Shown one piece after another: positions 1 to 11,057 of a stretch of DNA of 64,000 nt. The stretch's first letter is position 1. Each line of letters begins with the position of its first letter. Source of the stretch: Candidatus Eiseniibacteriota bacterium (lineage in GTDB: Bacteria; Eisenbacteria; RBG-16-71-46; SZUA-252). The position numbers and the translations under genes are program-made. The notes below the pieces were generated by a model, which was not told the DNA's origin, searched no databases, and was given only the letters and a program-made list of their open reading frames with translations. Where the stretch lies: positions 63,219 to 127,218 of the forward strand of contig CAVRUU010000009.1 of the NCBI GenBank assembly GCA_963724515.1. Reading direction: 5' to 3'.

Positions 1-77
1 ATCCCCTCCGACTTTTCGTAGAGGATGTCGGTGAATGCGCGCGCGGTCTTCCACGCAACGCCAACGGCCTGGGTCAT
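1..77 (-). CDS. menB: 1,4-dihydroxy-2-naphthoyl-CoA synthase, N-terminal end only (gene runs off the left edge)
   Basis: Own translation from ATG (75-77, minus): MTQAVGVAWKTARAFTDILYEKSEGI.., resembling MenB N-termini (..DI.YEK..GIA). AGGAG lies about 10 nt upstream. Sits directly downstream of menF-menD-menH. Confidence 0.6.
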   Translation of the reverse strand, partial: MTQAVGVAWKTARAFTDILYEKSEG

Positions 78-90
78 GAGATTCGGGCTC

Positions 91-948
91 CTATTGTCGC
101 GACGGTGACGGGATTTCCTCGCTTCGCGGGATGACATTCCAGTCCGACGCCAGCGCCGACGCGAATGCCTCGGGCGCTTCCAGGTGTACGGTGTGGCCCG
201 CGCCCGGAACGATGACACAGCGCGATCCGGCCACGGCGTCGGCCATGCGGCGGGCGACCTCGGCGTACTTCAAGTCGCGCTCTCCCGCGAGGAGCAAGAG
301 ATCGCAGCGGAGGTCTCCGAGGCGCCGGCCGACGTAGTCGTGCGCGCCCTGGCCCATGCCGCGAAGCGAGTCCGCGAGTCCCGCCGGGGAATTCGCGAGC
401 CGGCCGGCCCTGAGCGCGGCGAGCGTGGCCGGGGGAAGCTCCCACTGAGTCTCGAATAGCGGCAGCGTGCCCCAGTAGTCCGCGAACCACTCGATTCCGC
501 GCTCCTCGATCCGCTCCGCGAGCGCTTCGTCCGACTCGCGGCGCCGCCCGCGCGAGAGCGGGTCCTCGATCCCCGCGGAGGAGCTCTCCAAGATCAGCGA
601 GCGCACGCGGGCGGGATGGGCCAGGGCCAGGTGAAGGGCCACACGTCCGCCCATCGAGTAGCCGAGCCAGTCCGCCTCTGCCGCGCCGAGCCGGGCCGCG
701 ATCGCATCCAGGTCGCGGACGGTTTCGGGCATCGTGTAGCGCGCGGGCTCGGCGGGTGAATCGGTCCTGCCGTGCCCCGGGAGATCGATCGCGACCACCG
801 CCCGGCCCATCGCCCGGAGCCTCGGCGTCATCTCCGCCCAGTCCGAGCCGGAGCCGCTGAACCCGTGAAGGAGCACCAGAACGCGCTCCCGGGCCGGATC
901 CCCGTCGACCTCGATGTGATAGTTGACGCCCCTGATGTCGACGTTCAT
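91..948 (-). CDS. menH: 2-succinyl-6-hydroxy-2,4-cyclohexadiene-1-carboxylate synthase (alpha/beta hydrolase)
   Basis: C-terminal 285 aa of ORF 91..2211, starting MNVDIRGVNYHIEVDG. Has HGFSGS and GYSMGG nucleophile-elbow motifs. ATGA overlap with the menD stop at 945. The upstream part of the ORF is an alternate-frame artefact over menD. Confidence 0.85.
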   Translation of the reverse strand: MNVDIRGVNYHIEVDGDPARERVLVLLHGFSGSGSDWAEMTPRLRAMGRAVVAIDLPGHGRTDSPAEPARYTMPETVRDLDAIAARLGAAEADWLGYSMGGRVALHLALAHPARVRSLILESSSAGIEDPLSRGRRRESDEALAERIEERGIEWFADYWGTLPLFETQWELPPATLAALRAGRLANSPAGLADSLRGMGQGAHDYVGRRLGDLRCDLLLLAGERDLKYAEVARRMADAVAGSRCVIVPGAGHTVHLEAPEAFASALASDWNVIPRSEEIPSPSRQ

Positions 949-2741
949 GCGAAAGCCCTCCCGATCGCTTGGATCACATCGTCCCAAAGAGCCTGGTGCC
1001 AGCCTCGGTTTTCTTCGCGGTCCGTCCGGATTTCGATCACCTCGGTCGCGCGCGCCGCGAGCGAGGCGCCCGCCCGGCTCTTCAGCTCTTCCCAGGTCCG
1101 CGGGCGCGAATGCGGGATTCCATACATCGCGGCCACGGGCTCGAAGCCGATTCCGTGAGGCGTCCCGAAGTAGCGCTCGAACGCGGCGTGCCGCGCCACG
1201 GGCAGGAAGTTGAAGATGCCACCCCCGTCGTTGTGGACCACCACGATCGTCGCTCCGACGCGGGCGTCCCTTGCCATGTGGAGCGCGTTCAGGTCGTGGT
1301 GGAAGGAGAGATCTCCCGTGACGAGCAGCAGCGGACCCTCGGTGGCCGCGCTCGCCCCCAGCGCGCTGGAGACCACGCCGTCGATCCCGCTCGCTCCGCG
1401 ATTCGCGAGCACGCGGATCCGGCGTGGATACTCGGGGACGAAGGTGTCGAGATCCCGGATGGGCATGCTGTTCCCGACGTAGAGGGCGCCCGGCTCGTGC
1501 AGCGCATCGAGGAGCGCGGGGAAGAGCTTCCCCTCCCGGATCTCGTCGGTCCCGTCGAGGTGGGCTTGGATTGTGTCGCGGGCGGCGCGCTCCGCGCGCT
1601 CGAAGTCGGCTCGCCAGCTCGGCAATGGATCCGCGGACCCCTCGAGAGCCTCCGCCAGCTCCGAAGCGACCCGCGATGGATCCGCGGGGATCACCTCGCG
1701 CGCGCGGCGCGCGGGGCTCCGCCACGCGCCGGCCGGGTCCACGATCACGTGGGCGGCGCCGGGATGCCGTGCGATGTACGCGTGGAAGGCCTTCGAGGTG
1801 GCCGCGGCTCCGAACTGGATCACGACCTCCGGCCCATGGACGTTGGAAAACGCCGCTGATCGGAGGAACGCGTCGTAAGCGCCGAGGATCGGCGCGCCCG
1901 ACCCGTGGCCGAAGCGGACTTGCGACAAGGGATCGGCGAGCACCGGGTACCCCGTGACCTCGGCGAGCCTCGCGATGCTCGAGGCGAAGTCCGGCGCGCC
2001 GTCGTCGGGCCCGCACACGATGAGCCCGCGCCGGAGGGCGCGCGCCGTCTTGGCGATGCGCTCGATGCCGAGGGGGCCGGGCCGGATGGGCTCCGGTGCG
2101 ACATGGATCTCGGGCGCGGCGGGCACCGGAGCCGGAAGAGCGTCCGGCTCGGGAAGGAGCGGCTCCCGGAACGCGAAGTTGAGATGCACCGGCCCCGCGG
2201 GCAGCCGCCATGCCTCGGCGGCGGCGCGCGTCCCGAGCGAGGACACGTAATCGAGCATGGAGCGCGAATCCTCGGGAGTGCCGACCTCGACGAACCAGCG
2301 TACGAGATCCCCGAAGAGCTTGATCTGATCGATCGTCTGAGGCGCGCCGGTGTCTCGAAGCTCGGGCGGGCGGTCCGCGGTCGCGAGGATCAGCGGAACG
2401 CGAGCCGAAGAAGCCTCGACCACGGCGGGGAAGAAATTCGCGGCGGCGCTGCCCGACGTGCAGACGAGCGCCACGGGGCGGCGTGACGCCTTCGCCAGGC
2501 CGAGCGCGAAGAAGCCGGCCGCGCGCTCATCGAGCGACACCCGGGTGTGGATGGCGGAGCGGTCGAAGGCGAGCGCGAGCGGCGCCGAGCGCGAACCGGC
2601 GCAGACGATCGCGTCGCGCACGCCCGCGGCGTGGAGTGCGGCGACGAAGCGGTCCGCCCAGACCAGGTTGAGTGCGCCGTGGGCGTCCGTGGTTGGTGTC
2701 GCGCGCTCGCGCGTCTCGGGTTCAGTCGCGCGCGACCGCAT
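945..2741 (-). CDS. menD: SEPHCHC synthase, thiamine-diphosphate dependent
   Basis: 598-aa ORF with MenD-like N-terminus (NLVWADRFVAALHAAGVRDAIVCAGSRSAPL) and a TPP-binding region (GDLSFHHDLNAL). Lies between menF and menH. Confidence 0.9.
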   Translation of the reverse strand: MRSRATEPETRERATPTTDAHGALNLVWADRFVAALHAAGVRDAIVCAGSRSAPLALAFDRSAIHTRVSLDERAAGFFALGLAKASRRPVALVCTSGSAAANFFPAVVEASSARVPLILATADRPPELRDTGAPQTIDQIKLFGDLVRWFVEVGTPEDSRSMLDYVSSLGTRAAAEAWRLPAGPVHLNFAFREPLLPEPDALPAPVPAAPEIHVAPEPIRPGPLGIERIAKTARALRRGLIVCGPDDGAPDFASSIARLAEVTGYPVLADPLSQVRFGHGSGAPILGAYDAFLRSAAFSNVHGPEVVIQFGAAATSKAFHAYIARHPGAAHVIVDPAGAWRSPARRAREVIPADPSRVASELAEALEGSADPLPSWRADFERAERAARDTIQAHLDGTDEIREGKLFPALLDALHEPGALYVGNSMPIRDLDTFVPEYPRRIRVLANRGASGIDGVVSSALGASAATEGPLLLVTGDLSFHHDLNALHMARDARVGATIVVVHNDGGGIFNFLPVARHAAFERYFGTPHGIGFEPVAAMYGIPHSRPRTWEELKSRAGASLAARATEVIEIRTDREENRGWHQALWDDVIQAIGRAFA

Positions 2742-4038
2742 CCAGAATGCCTTTCATCTTGAGCTCGGTCTCGCCCCATTCGAGCGCGGGGTCGGAGCCC
2801 TCCACGATGCCCGCGCCCGCAAAGAGCCGCGCACTTCGCCCGCGAATCGCGATCGAGCGGATTCCAACCGCGAAGTCCCCCTCGCCGCGGGCGTTCACCC
2901 AGCCCACCGGCCCCGCGTACCAGCCCCGGCCGCCCGCCTCGATGCGCCCGATCCAGGCCAGCGCCTCGCTCCTCGGCCATCCGGCCACCGCGGGCGTCGG
3001 ATGCAAGCGCGAGACCAGCTCGAGCACGTGGGTGCCCGGGAGGGCGATACCGCGCACTGGAGTCTTGAGATGGAGGAGGTGGGGGAGGCGCATCACGTCG
3101 GGAGATCCGGCCGCGTGAATCGATTCGCAGAGCGGTGTCAGAGTCCCGAGCAGGTGGTCGAGGACGATTCGATGCTCGCTCAGGTCCTTCTCGCTCTTCG
3201 CGAGGGCCCGCGCGAGCTTCGAGCCGTCGTCTCCGGGCTCGCATCGCTGCGTGCCCGCCACCGCCTCGGTGAGGACCTCGCCGCCGGTGAGCCGGATCAG
3301 ACGCTCGGGGCTCGCTCCGAGGAATGCGCGGTCACGGCCGTCCGCGATCAGGAACCGATAGCAGGTGGGGTAGGCGTCGCGGAGCGACGCCATGATGGCG
3401 GCCGCGTCGGCGGAGCGGTCGAGCGTCATGCTCCGGGAGCGCGCGAGCACCGCCTTCGAGAAGTCCCCGTCCTGGATCCGCTCGAGGGTCCGGCGCACGG
3501 CGTCCAGCCAGCGGTCGCGCTCGCCGATCTCTTCCGGCTCGCCCTCCGGATCCGGCTCGGCGGCAGGACCCGCGTCGCCCTCGGGCCGGCCCCCTGGAAG
3601 ATCGCGGTCCCCATCCGCGGACCATCGGGTCTCGATCGTCGCGCTGCCGGGAGCCTGCCAGAAGATCCGGGCAGGAACGTGAAACGAAGCATCCGCGAAT
3701 CCCGGCCACCCGCGGCGGGCGACCTGCTCCGCGAACGCGAACCCGCCGACCGCGATCGCGCCCGGGAAGCCGGGCGGGGAAGCACCGAGATGCTTCGCGC
3801 TTCCGAGGAGCCGTTCGAGCCTGAGCCGGATGTCGACGAATCGGCCGGGGCCACTCGATTCGAACGCGCACACGGCTCCGACCCCGGCGATCGCCTCTCC
3901 CGAAGGAGCTTCCCAGAGGAACAGGGGCTGCCCGGCCGCCCCTGGGCGCGCCTTCTCGAGGCACTCCCAGGGGGTAGCCCCGGGGATCTCCACGCTCTCG
4001 CCCAGGAGCGATGCGCTCGGCCGTGCCGCGATGGACAT
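2722..4038 (-). CDS. menF: isochorismate synthase
   Basis: C-terminal 438 aa of ORF 2722..4857, from MSIAARP. Chorismate-binding signatures present (GASPERLIRL, HPTPAVAG.P, GWYAGPVGW, IRSI). The upstream part of the ORF lies antisense to the 4108..4782 gene. Confidence 0.85.
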   Translation of the reverse strand: MSIAARPSASLLGESVEIPGATPWECLEKARPGAAGQPLFLWEAPSGEAIAGVGAVCAFESSGPGRFVDIRLRLERLLGSAKHLGASPPGFPGAIAVGGFAFAEQVARRGWPGFADASFHVPARIFWQAPGSATIETRWSADGDRDLPGGRPEGDAGPAAEPDPEGEPEEIGERDRWLDAVRRTLERIQDGDFSKAVLARSRSMTLDRSADAAAIMASLRDAYPTCYRFLIADGRDRAFLGASPERLIRLTGGEVLTEAVAGTQRCEPGDDGSKLARALAKSEKDLSEHRIVLDHLLGTLTPLCESIHAAGSPDVMRLPHLLHLKTPVRGIALPGTHVLELVSRLHPTPAVAGWPRSEALAWIGRIEAGGRGWYAGPVGWVNARGEGDFAVGIRSIAIRGRSARLFAGAGIVEGSDPALEWGETELKMKGILDAVARD

Positions 4039-4107
4039 GGAGGGTTCAAGAGTCGCCACGATCGGCCAGTATAGACGCGCGGTGGACGCTGGCCAAGCCT
4101 GCCGCGG

Positions 4108-4782
4108 ATGTCGTATCTTTCCCGGCGCATGATTCCGGCACCGCTCTCCCACATGGGCCTCGGTCTGATCCTGGGCCTCCGCCATGCATTCGAGGCGGAC
4201 CACCTCGCGGCGGTCGCGGCGATCGTGAGCCGCGAGCGGAGCCCGCTCCGCTCCGCGGCCATCGGGGGCTTCTGGGGACTCGGGCACCTCACGTCGCTGT
4301 TCCTCGTGGGATTGCCGGTGGTGGGTTTCGGACTTCGATTTCCGCGAGGGCTCGACGTCCCGCTCGAGCTCGGGGTCGCCGCCATGATCGTCTTCCTGGG
4401 AGTCGGCGGTCTGAGGCGCAACCGCGCGGCCGCCGTGCCGCACGACCATCCGCATCCGCTCCGCGCGTTGGGCAAGCGCCCGTTCTGGGTCGGCGCCGCC
4501 CACGGGCTCGCGGGAAGCGGGGCGCTCACGCTCGTCATCCTCGCGACCATGCCGACACGCATGGATGGCCTTCTCTACCTCGGGCTGTTCGGCGTCGGCT
4601 CGATCGCGGGCATGGCGGCTGCCAGCGCGGCCCTCTCCATTCCGATCGCGGTTACGGGGCTCGCCTCTTCCGGCGCGACGCTGCGTCTCGCTCGGGCGGT
4701 CGCATTCGGGAGCGTCGTCTTCGGACTTTTCTACGGAGCCACGACCCTCGCGGCGGCAATCTCGCGGCACCCACTTTCCTGA
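4108..4782 (+). CDS. NicO/NiCoT-family (UreH-like) Ni/Co transporter, about 6 TM
   Basis: 224-aa hydrophobic ORF carrying the H-x4-D-H signature (RHAFEADHLAAV) typical of nickel/cobalt transporters, and a second-half AAHGLAGSGAL motif. Divergent from menF. Confidence 0.6.
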   Translation: MSYLSRRMIPAPLSHMGLGLILGLRHAFEADHLAAVAAIVSRERSPLRSAAIGGFWGLGHLTSLFLVGLPVVGFGLRFPRGLDVPLELGVAAMIVFLGVGGLRRNRAAAVPHDHPHPLRALGKRPFWVGAAHGLAGSGALTLVILATMPTRMDGLLYLGLFGVGSIAGMAAASAALSIPIAVTGLASSGATLRLARAVAFGSVVFGLFYGATTLAAAISRHPLS

Positions 4783-4793
4783 AAGCAATCCGC

Positions 4794-4822
4794 TTGACGA
4801 TCCGAAAAGTTGGTGACAATAT
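4794..4822 (+). promoter_or_regulatory. candidate sigma70-type promoter for the actA operon
   Basis: TTGACG (4794-4799), a 17-nt spacer, then CAATAT (4817-4822), within an unusually AT-rich island about 70 nt upstream of the actA start. Pattern match only. Confidence 0.35.
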
Positions 4823-4890
4823 TCACAATCTTGTTTTAGGGAAGTCCGAATCCGCATGCGGCTGACGACCCCGAGGAAAGCTCCGGCGAC

Positions 4891-5403
4891 TTGAGCGCGC
4901 TCCAGCCAAAGCAGATCATCCCGGTCCTGCTAGCCTTGGTCGTCCTGGGCGGATGGGCTTTCTTCGATTCTTTCAGCAATGTGGGCTACGGGCCGACGCA
5001 GCCCATCCCGTTCAGCCACAAGGTCCACGCCGGCACGAACAAGATCCCCTGTCTCTACTGCCACTCGAATGCCGAGCGCTCCCGCTACGCGATGGTTCCC
5101 GGGACGGCGGTCTGCATGAATTGCCACACCGTGGTCCGGACCGAGCGTCCCACGATCCAGATGGTGACCCAGTACTACCAAGCCGGAAAAGCACTGCCCT
5201 GGGTGCGTGTGCATCGTGAGCCCGACTACGTCTACTTCAGCCACCAGTGGCACATCGCGCGCGGCTTCGCGTGCCAGAAGTGTCACGGTGAAGTCCAGAA
5301 TATGGATGTGATCCAGCAGTCCAAGGACTTGAAGATGGGCTTCTGCATCAGCTGCCATCGCCAGAACAAGGCGGCCACGGACTGCAATACCTGCCATGTC
5401 TGA
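4891..5403 (+). CDS. actA: Alternative Complex III pentahaem cytochrome c subunit ActA
   Basis: 170 aa with an N-terminal TM anchor and five CxxCH motifs (CLYCH, CMNCH, CQKCH, CISCH, CNTCH). TTG start preceded by GAGGAAAG. Followed by actB-F. Confidence 0.85.
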   Translation: MSALQPKQIIPVLLALVVLGGWAFFDSFSNVGYGPTQPIPFSHKVHAGTNKIPCLYCHSNAERSRYAMVPGTAVCMNCHTVVRTERPTIQMVTQYYQAGKALPWVRVHREPDYVYFSHQWHIARGFACQKCHGEVQNMDVIQQSKDLKMGFCISCHRQNKAATDCNTCHV

Positions 5404-8400
5404 CGGGAACGGAGCGAACGGGGCGATGAGCGGGACGCCGGCGGCTCCGCCAGAACACTGGCAGACCCTCGCGGAGCTGAACGACAGCCCGGAAGTGCGG
5501 GCCCTCCGCGAGCGCGAGTTCATGACGCCCTCCGAAGAGGTCACCGAGCCCTCGCGCCGTGATTTCCTGAAGCTCATCGGGGCTGGCGCCGCGTTCGCGG
5601 CCGCGGGATGCGCCCGAAAGCCGGTCGAGAAGATCCTGCCATACATCCGGATGCCCGAAGAGGCGATCCCCGGGAAGGCCGTCTGGTACGCCTCGACCTG
5701 CGGCGAATGCCCCGCCTCGTGCGGCGTGCTCGTGAAGACGCGCGAAGGGCGCCCCATCAAGCTCGAAGGAATGAAGGAGCATCCCTTGAACCGCGGCGGG
5801 CTCTGCGCGCGCGGTCAGGCGTCGCTCCTCAACCTCTACGATCCCGACCGGCTCCACGGTCCCGTGTCGGTGGACCGCGCTTCCGGCGCTTCCAAGGCGT
5901 CCACCTGGCCGACGGTCGACGCGCGCGCGGCAAAGGGGCTCCGCGAAGCCCGCGACGGCGGCGGCCGCGTCGTCCTCCTGACCGGAACGCTCACAAGCCC
6001 CACGACCCGCGCTCTCGTCGGCGAGTTCCTCTCGGTGTTCCCGTCGGGCACGCACGTGACCTACGACGCGGTCTCGAGCGACGCGATCGCGAAAGCCCAA
6101 GAGCTTTCCTACGGCGAGCGCCTCATTCCGCGGTACCGGCTGGACCGCGCTGATTTCATCCTCACGCTCGGAGCGGATCCGCTCGGGACGTTCCTATCGC
6201 CTCCCGAGTTCGCGCGCGATTTCGCGAGCCGGCGCAGCCCCGAGTCGGGCTCGATGTCGAAGATGGTGGCGATCGAGCCGATCCTGACCCTGACCGGCAC
6301 GAATGCCGACGTCCGCCACCGCGTGCGCCCCGAGCACCTCCTCGGCGTGGCGCTCGCGCTTGCGCACGAGCTCCACGTCCGGAACCCCCGCGCCCCGCTC
6401 GCGGGGAACGCCTCGGTCACCCCGGCCCTGGGCGATTACGCGGCTGAGGGCGTCGAGCGCGACACGGGACTTCCCGCGGGCACGCTGGCCGGACTCGCGG
6501 ACGAGCTCTGGGCGAACCGGGGGAAGAGCCTCGTGCTCGCCGGCCCGCAGGCGGCTCCCGCGAGCCACGCCGTGGCGCTCCAGATCGCGGCCAACCTGCT
6601 CAACTCGGCGCTCGGGAACGACGGCGTCACCGTGGACGGCTCCACCCCTTCGCTCCAGGCGCAGGGCTCCGAGGAGGCCGTGCTCGCGCTCGTGGAACAG
6701 ATGCGCGCGGGAGAGATCCAGGTGCTCCTGATCCACGGTGTGAACCCGGTGTACTCGCTCCCGGCGGCGCTCGGCTTCGGCGACCTCATGAAACGGGTGC
6801 CCTTCATCGCCAGCTTCTCCGACCGCGTGGACGAGACCGCGCGCCATGCCGACCTCGTGGCGCCCGATCACCATTACCTCGAATCGTGGAACGACCACGA
6901 GCCGCGCCGCGGAATTCGCTCGCTGACGCAGCCCGCGATCGCTCCGCTCTACAACACGCGCGCGTTCCAGGACACGCTCCTCGCGTGGGGGCGCGCCCTG
7001 GGCGTGGGAGCGCTGGCGGGCCTGGCCGGCACCTGGCACGACTACCTGAGAGAGGGCTGGAGGAAGGACGTCTATCCGCGAAGTACCGCCGCCGCGAGCT
7101 TCGATCTCTTCTGGGAGGGCTCGCTCCGCGAAGGCGTGTGGAAGGCCCGCGGGCAGGGAATCGGCGCCGGCGCCGGTGCTTTCCGGACGGCCGCCCTCGG
7201 CGAGATTCCCAAATCGAACGCCTCGAGCCCTCCGGCGGGATCGCTCTCGCTCGTGCTCTACACGCCCGTGACGCTCTACGACGGTAGGAGCGCGAACAAC
7301 GCCTGGCTACAGGAGCTGCCGGACCCGGTCTCCAAGATCGATTGGGACAACTATGTTTCGATCGCGCCCTCGCGCGCGAAGGCACTCGGCGTATCGGAGT
7401 ACGAAATGAAGGCCGACGTCGTCACGGTGGACGTGGGCCACGCGAAGTTCGAGCTGCCGGTCCACGTGCAGCCGGGGCTCCATCCCGACGTCGTGGCGAT
7501 CGCGATCGGCTACGGCCGGACCGCGGCGGGACGGGTCGGGAACAAGGTCGGACAGAACGGATTCGCGCTCGCGCAGGCCACGGCGGGGCGCGTCGGCCTG
7601 AGCGGGATTCCCGCGAGGATCACGGCCACGGGCCGCCGGGCGCCGCTCGCGTGCGTGCAAGGCCACAACTATACGGAGGGCCGCCCCATCGTCTACGAGA
7701 CGACCTTCGCGTCCTTCATCAAGGATCCCGCGTCCGGAAACGAGGAGCCGACCAACGAGCCCTCCATGTGGTCGCGCCACAAGTACGAAGGCTACCGGTG
7801 GGGAATGGCGATCGATCTGAACGCCTGCATCGGGTGCTCGGCGTGCATGATCGCGTGCCAGTCCGAGAACAACGTGCCGGTGGTGGGAAAATCGATCGTG
7901 CTCCGCGGCCGCGAGATGCACTGGCTCCGGATCGACCGCTACTATTCGGGGAGCCCCGAGACGCCGGAGACCGTGCACCAGCCGATGCTCTGCCAGCACT
8001 GCGAGAACGCTCCGTGCGAGACCGTGTGTCCGGTGCTCGCGACCGTCCACAACTCCGAGGGGCTCAACATCCAGGTTTACAACCGGTGCGTGGGAACGCG
8101 GTACTGCTCGAACAACTGCCCGTACAAGGTCCGGCGATTCAACTGGTTCGATTACTCGAGCGTGCGCGAGAAGTCGCTCCGCCTGGTGCTCAATCCGGAC
8201 GTGACCGTGCGTTCGAAGGGCGTCATGGAGAAATGCACCTTCTGCGTCCAGCGTATCCGCGACGCCAAGGAGCGCGCGAAGGCGCTCGGCGTGAAGGTCC
8301 TGGACGGAGACGTCGAGACGGCCTGCAGCCAGTCCTGCCCGACGCAGGCGATCACGTTCGGCGACATCAATGACCCGTCGAGCCGGGTGTCCGAGATGAT

Positions 8401-8500
8401 GAAGCGCCCGCGCGGCTATCACGTCCTCGCGGACCTGAACACCCGTCCGGTCGTCACGTACGAAGTGAAGGTGCGGAACCGCGAGGAGGTCGGCGCATGA
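5396..8500 (+). CDS. actB: Alternative Complex III subunit ActB (molybdopterin-oxidoreductase-like domain fused to a 4Fe-4S domain)
   Basis: 1034 aa. Tat signal [22 protein letters not shown]-terminal Cys cluster C..C..C. C-terminal ferredoxin motifs ([37 protein letters not shown]). Confidence 0.9.
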   Translation: MSDGNGANGAMSGTPAAPPEHWQTLAELNDSPEVRALREREFMTPSEEVTEPSRRDFLKLIGAGAAFAAAGCARKPVEKILPYIRMPEEAIPGKAVWYASTCGECPASCGVLVKTREGRPIKLEGMKEHPLNRGGLCARGQASLLNLYDPDRLHGPVSVDRASGASKASTWPTVDARAAKGLREARDGGGRVVLLTGTLTSPTTRALVGEFLSVFPSGTHVTYDAVSSDAIAKAQELSYGERLIPRYRLDRADFILTLGADPLGTFLSPPEFARDFASRRSPESGSMSKMVAIEPILTLTGTNADVRHRVRPEHLLGVALALAHELHVRNPRAPLAGNASVTPALGDYAAEGVERDTGLPAGTLAGLADELWANRGKSLVLAGPQAAPASHAVALQIAANLLNSALGNDGVTVDGSTPSLQAQGSEEAVLALVEQMRAGEIQVLLIHGVNPVYSLPAALGFGDLMKRVPFIASFSDRVDETARHADLVAPDHHYLESWNDHEPRRGIRSLTQPAIAPLYNTRAFQDTLLAWGRALGVGALAGLAGTWHDYLREGWRKDVYPRSTAAASFDLFWEGSLREGVWKARGQGIGAGAGAFRTAALGEIPKSNASSPPAGSLSLVLYTPVTLYDGRSANNAWLQELPDPVSKIDWDNYVSIAPSRAKALGVSEYEMKADVVTVDVGHAKFELPVHVQPGLHPDVVAIAIGYGRTAAGRVGNKVGQNGFALAQATAGRVGLSGIPARITATGRRAPLACVQGHNYTEGRPIVYETTFASFIKDPASGNEEPTNEPSMWSRHKYEGYRWGMAIDLNACIGCSACMIACQSENNVPVVGKSIVLRGREMHWLRIDRYYSGSPETPETVHQPMLCQHCENAPCETVCPVLATVHNSEGLNIQVYNRCVGTRYCSNNCPYKVRRFNWFDYSSVREKSLRLVLNPDVTVRSKGVMEKCTFCVQRIRDAKERAKALGVKVLDGDVETACSQSCPTQAITFGDINDPSSRVSEMMKRPRGYHVLADLNTRPVVTYEVKVRNREEVGA

Positions 8501-9912
8501 GCGACACCGCGCTGTCGCCGGCGATTCCGGCCGAGCCGCTGATCAATCCGCGGAAGACCTTCGCGGACGTGAACGCGGAAGTCTCCGCCCCGCTCGAGCG
8601 GAAGCCCGGGATGCTATGGAAGGTCTTCTTCGGGATCTCGGCGCTCCTCACGCTCCAGTTCTTCCTCGAAATCGGCTACCAGATGTACAAGGGGATCGGA
8701 ATCTGGGGGTTGAACCACCCGGTCGGATGGGCCGTCGACATCACGAGCTTCGTCTTCTGGATCGGCATCGGGCACGCGGGGACGCTGATCTCGGCGATCC
8801 TCCACCTCTTCCGGCAACGGTGGCGCACCGCCATCAACCGCTCGGCGGAGGCCATGACGATCTTCGCGGTCATGACCGCCGGACTCTTCCCGCTGATCCA
8901 CCTCGGCCGCACGTGGTTCGCCTACTGGCTCGTGCCCTTGCCCAACTGGCGCTTCCTCTGGGTCAATTTCCGTTCGCCCCTGATCTGGGATGTGTTCGCG
9001 GTCACGACGTACCTCACCATCTCGATCTGCTTCTGGTACACGGGGCTCATCCCCGATTTCGCCTCGATCCGGGACCGTTCCACGGGATGGCGCCGCGCGA
9101 TCTACGGGGCGCTCTCGCTCGGCTGGCGGGGTTCGGAGCGGCACTGGCAGCACTACGAGCGCGCGTACATGATGCTCGCCGGGCTCTCGACGCCCCTGGT
9201 GCTCTCGGTGCACAGCATCGTCTCCTTCGATTTCGCGACGTCCCTCCTGCCCGGCTGGCACACGACGATCTTCCCGCCGTACTTCGTCGCCGGCGCGATC
9301 TTTTCGGGATTCGCAATGGTCGTGACCTTGCTCGTGATCCTCCGCAAGGTGTTCCACATGGAGGAATACGTCACGTTGCAGCACCTGGACAACATGAACA
9401 AGATCATCCTCGCGACCGGGATGATGGTGGGCTACGCCTACGCCACCGAGTTCTTCGTCGCCATGTACAGCGGGAATCCCTACGAGCGGTTCACGTTCCT
9501 GAACCGCGCCGGAGGACCGTTTGCCTGGTCGTACTGGATCATGGTGTCCTGCAACGTCGTCGTGCCACAGGTCTTCTGGTTCTCGAAGCTACGCAGGAAC
9601 ATCATCGTGATGTTCATCGTGTCCATTCTCGTGAACGTGGGGATGTGGTTCGAGCGCTTCACGATCATCGTCACGTCGCTCCACCGGGACTTCCTCCCGC
9701 CGAACTGGTCCTACTACAAGCCCACGATCTTCGATTATTCGGTGATCGTCGGGTCGTTCGGGTTCTTCTTCATGTGGTTCCTGCTCTTCTGCCGCTTCTT
9801 CCCGGCGATCTCGATGGCCGAGGTGAAGAGCGTGCTCTGGAGCGCGAAGAAGACCGAGGAGGCGGCCCGGGAGAAGCCCCGGGGTGCGCAGGAGACGGTC
9901 CATGTTTCTTGA
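8497..9912 (+). CDS. actC: Alternative Complex III membrane subunit ActC (NrfD/PsrC family)
   Basis: 471-aa polytopic membrane ORF with NrfD-like character. 4-nt overlap with actB. Conserved position in the act operon. Confidence 0.9.
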   Translation: MSDTALSPAIPAEPLINPRKTFADVNAEVSAPLERKPGMLWKVFFGISALLTLQFFLEIGYQMYKGIGIWGLNHPVGWAVDITSFVFWIGIGHAGTLISAILHLFRQRWRTAINRSAEAMTIFAVMTAGLFPLIHLGRTWFAYWLVPLPNWRFLWVNFRSPLIWDVFAVTTYLTISICFWYTGLIPDFASIRDRSTGWRRAIYGALSLGWRGSERHWQHYERAYMMLAGLSTPLVLSVHSIVSFDFATSLLPGWHTTIFPPYFVAGAIFSGFAMVVTLLVILRKVFHMEEYVTLQHLDNMNKIILATGMMVGYAYATEFFVAMYSGNPYERFTFLNRAGGPFAWSYWIMVSCNVVVPQVFWFSKLRRNIIVMFIVSILVNVGMWFERFTIIVTSLHRDFLPPNWSYYKPTIFDYSVIVGSFGFFFMWFLLFCRFFPAISMAEVKSVLWSAKKTEEAAREKPRGAQETVHVS

Positions 9913-10444
9913 CCGGTTCAAGAAGCCGCGCCCGCCGCGGGCCGTGCTCGCCCTGTACGACGACCCCGATCGCCTGCTGAACGCGGCGGCGCTCGCGAAG
10001 GAGCACGGGTTCACGGGGCTGGATGCGTACACGCCCTACGCGGTCCACGGGCTGAGCGAGGCGCTCGGAATCAGGAAGTCCTGGGTCCCCTACGTGACGC
10101 TCGTCATGGGGCTGAGCGGAGCGGCGCTTGGGCTCACCTTCGAGATCTGGACCTCGGCCTTCGACTGGCCGATCAACGTCGGCGGCAAGCCCATGATCTC
10201 GCTCCCCGCCTTCATCCCGGTGACCTTCGAGTGCGGCGTGCTCCTCGGTGGGACGATGACGCTCGCGGCGCTGATCCTGGCCTGTGGTCTTCCGAACTTC
10301 AAGGATCCCATCCTGGACAGGAATCTCACGAACGACCGGTTCGGGCTCTACATTCCGGAGTACGGCCCCGACTGGAACGAGCAGCGGATCTTCAGGCTCC
10401 TGAAGGGCACGGGGGCGGTGGACATGAAGGTCATCCGTGTCTAG
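9902..10444 (+). CDS. actD: Alternative Complex III subunit ActD
   Basis: ORF 9884..10444. ATG at 9902 gives [40 protein letters not shown] followed by two TM segments, as in ActD (DUF3341). Overlaps the actC stop. Confidence 0.8.
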   Translation: MFLDRFKKPRPPRAVLALYDDPDRLLNAAALAKEHGFTGLDAYTPYAVHGLSEALGIRKSWVPYVTLVMGLSGAALGLTFEIWTSAFDWPINVGGKPMISLPAFIPVTFECGVLLGGTMTLAALILACGLPNFKDPILDRNLTNDRFGLYIPEYGPDWNEQRIFRLLKGTGAVDMKVIRV

Positions 10445-11057
10445 CGGGCGCGCGGTTGTCGCGCTGATCGTCGCCTCGGCACTCCTCGCGGGCTGCTCCC
10501 ATCGCAAGGAGAGCACCGCGCTGGAGTACATGCCGAACATGGCCTATTCGCCGGCCGTGAAGGCCCAGAACGAAGACCCGCTTCACCCAGGCCTTCCGGC
10601 CATGCGCCAGCCCGTTCCGGGCACCGTGCCACGGGGATTCACGCCGTACCGCTACGAGGTCAAGGACAGCCTCCTCGCGCAGCGCGAGCTCGAGAACCCG
10701 CTGCCGCGGACGGCGGACGTGCTGGGAAGGGGTCAGCGTGTCTACATGAACAACTGCGTCGTCTGTCACGGACCTCTGGGAGACGGGCAGGGCTACATCG
10801 TGCCCAAGTTCCCGATGCCTCCCTCGCTCCTCTCGCAGAAGGTGAGCGGATGGCCGGACGGACGGATCTACCACGTCATCACCCGCGGCCAGAACCTCAT
10901 GCCGAGCTACGCCTCGCAGGTCCTCCCCGAGGATCGCTGGGCGGTGATCCACTTCGTCCGCGCGCTCGAGCGGGCCGCGAATCCGGGGCCGGAAGACTTG
11001 AGGGCCGCCGGCATCGGCCCTGACACGACGGCTGCCCCCGCGGGAGGGAAGCCATGA
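10437..11057 (+). CDS. actE: Alternative Complex III monohaem cytochrome c lipoprotein ActE
   Basis: 206 aa. Lipobox LLAGC. Single CVVCH plus a distal Met region (NLMPSY). GTG start overlapping the actD stop. Confidence 0.8.
   Translation: MSSGRAVVALIVASALLAGCSHRKESTALEYMPNMAYSPAVKAQNEDPLHPGLPAMRQPVPGTVPRGFTPYRYEVKDSLLAQRELENPLPRTADVLGRGQRVYMNNCVVCHGPLGDGQGYIVPKFPMPPSLLSQKVSGWPDGRIYHVITRGQNLMPSYASQVLPEDRWAVIHFVRALERAANPGPEDLRAAGIGPDTTAAPAGGKP

Noticed and set aside
949-2211. N-terminal extension of the menH ORF (706 aa)
   Set aside because: It overlaps menD in another frame. MenH homology begins at MNVDIRG (948), with an ATGA junction to menD.
2350-4074. 574-aa plus-strand ORF
   Set aside because: Antisense to menD/menF. 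Spurious.
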